Assembly: GCA_963666345.1 (NCBI GenBank)
Contig: OY762721.1
Location: forward strand, 352,001-416,000
Source: Desulfatiglandales bacterium
GTDB lineage: Bacteria; Desulfobacterota; DSM-4660; Desulfatiglandales; Desulfatiglandaceae
Length of the DNA: 64,000 nt
Direction: 5' to 3'
This document shows positions 57,736 to 64,000 of the stretch, in pieces. Position numbers and translations under genes: made by a program. Within the stretch, counting starts at the first letter, position 1, and each line of letters begins with the position of its first letter. The notes beneath the pieces are model-generated. The model worked only from the letters and a program-made list of their open reading frames with translations, made no database searches and was not told the DNA's origin.

Positions 57736-58506
57736 TTAAGTCGTTTGCGGTTCTGGGCTATTTTCTGCCCAATCTGGCTTGAGGCTGTAATTCCAATATG
57801 TATTCTCAGAGGTTAGGGTGGGAACCCAGCTATTTTTCTGATACTTATAATCATAGCGCACAGGGTAATAGTAAGTAGAAAATCCCCTTTCGTTTTCACA
57901 AAAAATCTCTACATTCATTGAGAGTTCTGGCTTATTTTTGGGGTCGGTCTCTTTTTCAAAGGTTTTTTGAATGTAATCAGATACCCTCAGGCTAATTGTT
58001 TCAATTGTGACACATTTTTTAATTTCATTAAAGTCCTCTTCATTAATGAGACCTAATATTTTATGCAAATCTAGCCACGAGAAATGCCCCGTCTTTTCTT
58101 CCATGTATTGAAGGTTCCAATATTCAGAGCCATTATAGGAAGGAGAAAAATCGAGTTGTACTCCGTCTGCCGTAAAATTACAGTTAACCCGAGCAGCTAA
58201 GGGCAATTCTGAGAGATTTTTTATTTTGAAGCGAGTATCGTAAGTAAATTTTTTATGGGGATATATAGCATAAGCAATTATCGGCCGATATGAATGCTCA
58301 AGTCTATCTCTGCTTATCTGGGCGCTTTCCTGTTCAGCCTTTCTAATCTGGGAGGTCTCCCAAGTGTACCAAAGGACTATAATAGCCGTTAAGGCCAGAA
58401 TTACATTTGATTGAACACTTGCACTAATTGTATATCCACTGCTTATTTGGGAAAAAATGCTGAACGCCACAACAACGAGCAACAAAAATACAAATATGTA
58501 TTTCAT
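57736..58506 (-). CDS. Hypothetical membrane-anchored protein (island cargo)
   Basis: RBS GGGAGG; two N-terminal hydrophobic helices; AT-rich sequence. Confidence 0.7.
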   Translation of the reverse strand: MKYIFVFLLLVVVAFSIFSQISSGYTISASVQSNVILALTAIIVLWYTWETSQIRKAEQESAQISRDRLEHSYRPIIAYAIYPHKKFTYDTRFKIKNLSELPLAARVNCNFTADGVQLDFSPSYNGSEYWNLQYMEEKTGHFSWLDLHKILGLINEEDFNEIKKCVTIETISLRVSDYIQKTFEKETDPKNKPELSMNVEIFCENERGFSTYYYPVRYDYKYQKNSWVPTLTSENTYWNYSLKPDWAENSPEPQTT

Positions 58507-59731
58507 AGGAAACAACCTCCCTTCTTGTTTATGGTTTCCTGCCAGCACCAAGAGCAAGCGAAATAAACTCTTCAGGCTGGCTATTTGATTTAACGATTCA
58601 GGTTTTCAGAAAATCGTTTTTCTTCATATAAGAAATCCTTATAGGACATAAAAAAAGTTAAGCATTTGATTCTTTAATATGCTGAACAAGTTTTTTTAGT
58701 TGATTCTCAAGATCAAGGGTTGAAAAATCTGCGGGACGCCTCACAACTTCTCTGGCGACTCTCACCTTATCTATGGGTTTGCCCTTTTTTATCTTTGTCA
58801 CATCATTAACCTCTGACCACCCAATGTGTTTATATGACCTTGGATGAACTGCCTCGACTGCTTCATTAAGCGTGTTTTCTGGGATGTAATTTTCAATTGT
58901 CCTGCCCTTAGTGATCCAAGCGATTGCCCCATTTTCTTTGAAGTTGTCTCTGACCCGTCTTTTCGTTGCGTTAGGCCATCCAAGAGGTTTCTTCTTATCA
59001 CTGTCTATCAATATACAGGAATTCCTATTTAATCTGCAGAGCTGGATAAAATCATCAACCTCTGGATCGTCATAGGTGAGATGGCTGAGCAATCGGCCAC
59101 CATAAAACATAATACTGTAATGAAGGCCTTCAATAAAATGGGGTGCTTTGCCTTTTATCCAATGGTTTAAATATATTCGATCAGAGGGTCCCTCTACCCA
59201 AATGACATAATTTGATTGCAGGATATCGCTTGCCCTAAAGCCAAGATCCAAAAGTACAGTGCTTTTTTGAAGATATGTTGTTGCAAGAATGCATTCTGTG
59301 TGGTCGTCTACAAGTCTGCAATGGTAAATATTAACATCTTCAAGATCAAAAAAGGCGTTTGAATGAGTAGCGATAAAATACTGGTTGTTTGTTTTATCTT
59401 GAATGTATTTTATGAATTTTTTTTGCAGCTCGGGATGTAAATGTATCTCTGGCTCTTCAATACAAAAAACCACACCATCGTATACTGTGACAGATGCTGC
59501 GAGGATAATTAATTCGTGGATTCCCGTTCCAAGAGATTGCAACGGCAAAATTTTGTCCCTAATCGATACATTAACAACATCTTCGGTAGCAGGTATTTGC
59601 AGAAATGTTTCGGGTTCTGTGAATCGGCATGCAAAAATGACCCACCTATAGGGCGAATCGGCGTCCAAAATTGACCCACCCCTGAAAGCCTTCTATTCTG
59701 CTGTGACTATGGTAGAAGGAGGCGGAAAGGG

Positions 59732-61249
59732 ATGCTCACAGTGGAAACAATCCGTAAGATACGATTAGCTGTTCTCAGAGATGGCAAATCCATACGTCAG
59801 ACAGCGAAGGATCTGCGCCTTAGCAAAAATACAGTAAAAAAGGCGATAAGGAGCGGAGAAACATCTTTTCAGTACGAACGAAGCAACCAGCCAAGACCCA
59901 AGCTGGGGCCGTTTATAGACATGCTGAAAGGCTTTCTGGAAGAAGACGAGAAACTGCCCAAAAAACTGCGCAGGACAGCCCAGATACTTTTTGAAGAGCT
60001 GCAACTCAACGGCTACGAAGGTGGCTATGACAGCGTACGGAGATATGTTCAAAGATGGCGCCAGGATCAAAGGAGCTTGCCAAAGGAGGTATTTATACCT
60101 TTGGTATTTGATCCTGCAGAAGCCTTTCAGTTTGACTGGAGTCATGAGTGGGTAGATCTGGACGGAAGCAGAGTAAAGGCAAAGGTTGCACATATAAGGT
60201 TATGTCACAGCCGCTACTTCCTTTGTATTGCCTACCCCAGAGAAACCCAGGAGATGGTGTTTGATGCCCATATCAGGGCCTTTGAGTTTTTTGGGGGAGT
60301 TTGCCGTAAAGGCATCTATGACAATCTCAAAACAGTGGTTAACAAGATCCTGGGAGGAAGGGAAAGACAGTTCAACAGCCGCTTCAGCCAACTGTGTTCC
60401 CATTATTTATTTGAACCGGTAAGCTGCACCCCTGCTGCAGGTTGGGAAAAGGGTCAGGTGGAAAACCAGGTAGGTGTGGTCAGAAGGAGATTTTTCACTC
60501 CCCGAATCAAGGCCAGGGATTTCACACACCTAAACGAGCTGCTTAGAGAACAATGCATCACCTGGGCAAAGACCCGTAAGCATCCAACAATATCTGATAA
60601 GACGGTTTGGCAGGTCTACAGTGAAGAGAGACCCTATCTGATAAATCTACCACCTCTCTTTGATGGATATGCACAACGTCCAGCCAGGGTTACCCCCAGC
60701 TCACTTGTAACCTATGACCGGAACCGATACAGCGTTAATTGCAGCCAGGTGGGTAAAGCGGTCTATATGAGAGTATATGCCGATCGGATAGTGATAGTAA
60801 ATAACGGTTGTATCGTAGGAGAGCATGATAGGCATTTTGGAAAGAACAAGACTATTTTTAATCCCTGGCATTATGTCCCGGTCCTTGAACGTAAGCCCGG
60901 GGCTCTCCGTAATGGAGCCCCCTTTAAAGACTGGCAACTTCCCGATCCTGTCGAAGGCGTCCTAAATGGGCTTCAAAACCGTTTTTCCGACTGGGACCGT
61001 CAGTTTGTGGCCATTCTAAATGCTGTTCCTTTCTACGGACTTGAGGCTGTAAGTAAAGCCTGTAAGGAGGCCCTAAAGATAAGGGCCGTAAGTAAAGAGG
61101 TGGTTCTCAATCTTTTAAACAGGGATCAGGATCAGGATTGCACGCCTGATTTGGGTATCCCCTCCCATCTGATTCTCAAGCAAGAGCCCATAGCAGACTG
61201 CCGCCGCTATGAACGTTTGGTAAGGGAGGGATACCATGCTGCGCAATGA
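59732..61249 (+). CDS. istA: IS21 transposase IstA
   Basis: N-terminal HTH, QFDW, YDNLK and EKGQVEN (DDE). Confidence 0.96.
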   Translation: MLTVETIRKIRLAVLRDGKSIRQTAKDLRLSKNTVKKAIRSGETSFQYERSNQPRPKLGPFIDMLKGFLEEDEKLPKKLRRTAQILFEELQLNGYEGGYDSVRRYVQRWRQDQRSLPKEVFIPLVFDPAEAFQFDWSHEWVDLDGSRVKAKVAHIRLCHSRYFLCIAYPRETQEMVFDAHIRAFEFFGGVCRKGIYDNLKTVVNKILGGRERQFNSRFSQLCSHYLFEPVSCTPAAGWEKGQVENQVGVVRRRFFTPRIKARDFTHLNELLREQCITWAKTRKHPTISDKTVWQVYSEERPYLINLPPLFDGYAQRPARVTPSSLVTYDRNRYSVNCSQVGKAVYMRVYADRIVIVNNGCIVGEHDRHFGKNKTIFNPWHYVPVLERKPGALRNGAPFKDWQLPDPVEGVLNGLQNRFSDWDRQFVAILNAVPFYGLEAVSKACKEALKIRAVSKEVVLNLLNRDQDQDCTPDLGIPSHLILKQEPIADCRRYERLVREGYHAAQ

Positions 61250-61967
61250 TATCATGGACCAGATGGAAAAACTAAAGTTGCGGGGTATGCAGTCCATTTA
61301 TGATGAAGTTGTCTCCAATGGACGCAAGAGCCATTCAACGCCTGAAAAGGTAATCCTGGAACTGCTCAAGGCTGAAGCTGCCGAAAGATATATAAGGAGT
61401 ATCCGATATCGTATGGGACAGGCCAGGTTTCCTGTCCTTAAAGATATCGATGGCTTTGATTTTAACGGGGCCTGTGTTGATGAAGCCCAGATTAGGTCTA
61501 TTTATCAGGGTGATTTTATAGCCGAACATATCAACCTGATTTTTGTAGGTGGCACCGGTACGGGCAAAACCCATTTAGCCATAACTATAGCGGCCCAGGC
61601 CATAAGGAATGGCAGGAAGTGCAAGTTTTATAACCTGGTGGATCTGGCAAATGAGCTTGAGCAGGAGAAAATGATTGGATTGGCCGGCAAAATCACAGCA
61701 AGACTACTTCGATTTGATCTTGTGGTCCTCGATGAACTGGGTTATCTGCCTTTTTCCAAAAACGGCAGTCAACTGCTCTTTCATCTTATATCAAAACTCT
61801 ACGAACAGACATCCATAGTAATCACCACCAACTTGACCTTCGGTGAATGGCCCCAAGTCTTTGGAGATAAAAAAATGACTACGGCCATGCTTGATCGGTT
61901 GACTCATCATTGTGAAATTATAGAAACAGGTAACGAAAGCTGGAGAATGAAACACGCAGCTTCATAG
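61236..61967 (+). CDS. istB: IS21 helper ATPase IstB
   Basis: [20 protein letters not shown] and LDRLTHH motifs. Confidence 0.96.
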   Translation: MLRNDIMDQMEKLKLRGMQSIYDEVVSNGRKSHSTPEKVILELLKAEAAERYIRSIRYRMGQARFPVLKDIDGFDFNGACVDEAQIRSIYQGDFIAEHINLIFVGGTGTGKTHLAITIAAQAIRNGRKCKFYNLVDLANELEQEKMIGLAGKITARLLRFDLVVLDELGYLPFSKNGSQLLFHLISKLYEQTSIVITTNLTFGEWPQVFGDKKMTTAMLDRLTHHCEIIETGNESWRMKHAAS

Positions 61968-62462
61968 ATAAAGAAGGGATCAACTACTCAACTATTTAAC
62001 CATATTTTTTTCTCAGGGGTGGGTCAATTTTGGACGCCGATGATGGGTCAATTTTCAACGCCTATTGACATCGGGTTCCCCTAAAAGCTCTTTTACAAAC
62101 TCATTTATTTTGTTGAATTTTTCTTTGTTGATGGTGTATTTAGTTAATCGAGGGGATTGCAAGTCTCTTAACTTTTTAATCAAACCCTTTCCACTTAATC
62201 CTTCCCCTTCTTCCTCAGCAGTGATCTGTCTAAAAGCACCTATAAGATAAGCCTCAAATGAGAAGTCTGCTTTATTAAAAATTGCTGCGGCAATAGCATA
62301 GGCCCTCTCTTCTGGGGTCCCTCCAGTAAATTTGCAAAGTTTGCTGGTAATATCGTTAGTAAGATCACTTGGGCAGTTCTTTAAGATTTTCTCTGCTAAA
62401 CCCATTAAAAAGGGTTGCTCTCTAACTTGTTTCCTAAGGAAATTTACAGAAAAATTGAGCCA

Positions 62463-64000
62463 TGTGAATCGGCATGCAAAAATGACCCACCTATAGGGCG
62501 AATCGGCGTCCAAAATTGACCCACCCCTGAAAGCCTTCTATTCTGCTGTGACTATGGTAGAAGGAGGCGGAAAGGGATGCTCACAGTGGAAACAATCCGT
62601 AAGATACGATTAGCTGTTCTCAGAGATGGCAAATCCATACGTCAGACAGCGAAGGATCTGCGCCTTAGCAAAAATACAGTAAAAAAGGCGATAAGGAGCG
62701 GAGAAACATCTTTTCAGTACGAACGAAGCAACCAGCCGAGACCCAAGCTAGGACCGTTTATAGACATGCTGAAAGGCTTTCTGGAAGAAGATGAGAAACT
62801 GCCCAGAAAACTGCGCAGGACAGCCCAGATACTTTTTGAAGAGCTGCAACTCAACGGCTACGAAGGTGGCTATGACAGCGTAAGGAGATATGTTCAAAGA
62901 TGGCACCAGGATCAAAGGAGCTTGCCAAAGGAGGTATTTATACCTTTGGTATTTGATCCTGCAGAAGCCTTTCAGTTTGACTGGAGTCATGAGTGGGTAG
63001 ATCTGGACGGAAGCAGAGTAAAGGCAAAGGTCGCACATATAAGGTTATGTCACAGCCGCTACTTCCTTTGTATTGCCTACCCCAGAGAGACCCAGGAGAT
63101 GGTGTTTGATGCCCATATCAGGGCCTTTGAGTTTTTTGGAGGAGTTTGCCGTAAAGGCATATATGACAATCTCAAAACAGTGGTTAACAAGATCCTGGGA
63201 GGAAGGGAAAGACAGTTCAACAGCCGCTTCAGCCAACTGTGTTCCCATTATTTATTTGAACCGGTAAGCTGCACCCCTGCTGCAGGCTGGGAAAAGGGTC
63301 AGGTGGAAAACCAGGTAGGTGTGGTCAGAAGGAGATTTTTCACTCCCCGAATCAAGGCCAGGGATTTCACACACCTAAACGAGCTGCTTAGAGAACAATG
63401 CATCACCTGGGCAAAGACCCGTAAGCATCCAACAATATCTGATAAGACGGTTTGGCAGGTCTACAGTGAAGAGAGACCCTATCTGATAAATCTACCACCT
63501 CCCTTTGATGGATATGCACAACGTCCAGCCAGGGTTACCCCCAGCTCACTTGTAACCTATGACCGGAACCGATACAGCGTTAATTGCAGCCAGGTGGGTA
63601 AAGCGGTCTATATGAGAGTATATGCCGATCGGATAGTGATAGTAAATAACGGTTGTATCGTAGGAGAGCATGATAGGCATTTTGGAAAGAACAAGACTAT
63701 TTTTAATCCCTGGCATTATGTCCCGGTCCTTGAACGTAAGCCCGGGGCTCTCCGTAATGGAGCACCCTTTAAAGACTGGCAACTTCCTCATCCTGTGCAA
63801 GGCGTCCTTAATGGGCTTCAAAACCGTTTTTCCGACTGGGACCGTCAGTTTGTGGCCATTCTAAATGCTGTCCCTTTCTACGGACTTGAGGCTGTAAGTA
63901 AAGCCTGTAAGGAGGCCCTAGAGATCAGGGCCGTAAGTAAAGAGGTGGTTCTCAATCTTTTAAACAGGGATCAGGATCAGGATTGCACGCCTGATTTGGG
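62463..64000 (+). mobile_element. IS21 copy 2 (runs off the window end)
   Basis: Same left end as copy 1; near-identical sequence. Confidence 0.95.
62577..64000 (+). CDS. istA: IstA transposase of copy 2 (partial)
   Basis: ATG 114 nt into the element, as in copy 1; I saw only substitutions relative to copy 1. Confidence 0.9.
   Translation, partial: MLTVETIRKIRLAVLRDGKSIRQTAKDLRLSKNTVKKAIRSGETSFQYERSNQPRPKLGPFIDMLKGFLEEDEKLPRKLRRTAQILFEELQLNGYEGGYDSVRRYVQRWHQDQRSLPKEVFIPLVFDPAEAFQFDWSHEWVDLDGSRVKAKVAHIRLCHSRYFLCIAYPRETQEMVFDAHIRAFEFFGGVCRKGIYDNLKTVVNKILGGRERQFNSRFSQLCSHYLFEPVSCTPAAGWEKGQVENQVGVVRRRFFTPRIKARDFTHLNELLREQCITWAKTRKHPTISDKTVWQVYSEERPYLINLPPPFDGYAQRPARVTPSSLVTYDRNRYSVNCSQVGKAVYMRVYADRIVIVNNGCIVGEHDRHFGKNKTIFNPWHYVPVLERKPGALRNGAPFKDWQLPHPVQGVLNGLQNRFSDWDRQFVAILNAVPFYGLEAVSKACKEALEIRAVSKEVVLNLLNRDQDQDCTPDL

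Larger units (their letters stand above)
59618..62070 (+). mobile_element. IS21 family insertion sequence, complete copy 1 (2453 bp), 8-bp TSD TCGGGTTC
   Basis: TGT...ACA ends; repeated terminal motifs (AAAATTGACCCA) inverted at both ends; TCGGGTTC at 59610-59617 and 62071-62078. Confidence 0.96.
58658..62462 (-). pseudogene. OLD-family ABC-ATPase + TOPRIM nuclease gene interrupted by two IS21 copies (visible parts 58658-59617 and 62071-62462)
   Basis: LGTG signature, IEEPEIHLHP, ATHS, WVEGPSD and IDSD motifs; removing IS copy 1 and one TSD restores frame ...LLGEPETFLQ... Confidence 0.85.

Noticed and set aside
58658..59668. 336-aa ORF (and 62055..62513) as intact genes starting MDADSPYRW
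   Set aside because: The first 17 codons come from the IS21 left end read backwards; both are fragments of one interrupted gene
1..64000. CRISPR array, rRNA, tmRNA, RNase P, SRP RNA
   Set aside because: No regularly spaced direct repeats and none of the diagnostic conserved sequences were seen

Overview
A 64-kb chromosomal window from an anaerobic deltaproteobacterium (Desulfobacterota-like; taxonomy inferred from gene content). Most of it is housekeeping or metabolic: a cobalamin-riboswitch-controlled btuF/D/C-type ABC importer, an M23 peptidase, hflKC, recJ, kdsB, queD, lgt, hup, non-decarboxylating glutaryl-CoA dehydrogenase plus glutaconyl-CoA decarboxylase alpha, mgtE, thi4-thiE, ileS-lspA-thiM-thiE-thiD, valS-nadC and three tRNAs (Leu-CAA, Ala-GGC, Arg-CCG). 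After tRNA-Arg an AT-rich island begins; in it an OLD-family ATPase/TOPRIM nuclease gene has been split by two separate IS21 insertions. The ORF track misses several things: a CCG-domain Fe-S oxidoreductase with an in-frame UGA plus SECIS hairpin (selenoprotein), a ~350-nt structured RNA candidate upstream of the M23 gene, a 604-bp transposase-less element (TIRs plus 6-bp TSD) carrying a four-helix-bundle pseudogene, a five-copy MITE family, and two small ORFs. The best candidates for undescribed biology are a PopZ/RomR-like acidic scaffold gene upstream of valS, a coiled-coil/PAKK-repeat/winged-helix protein downstream of hup, the structured RNA and the four-helix-bundle cassette. All family calls come from motif recognition by eye; no database searches were run.
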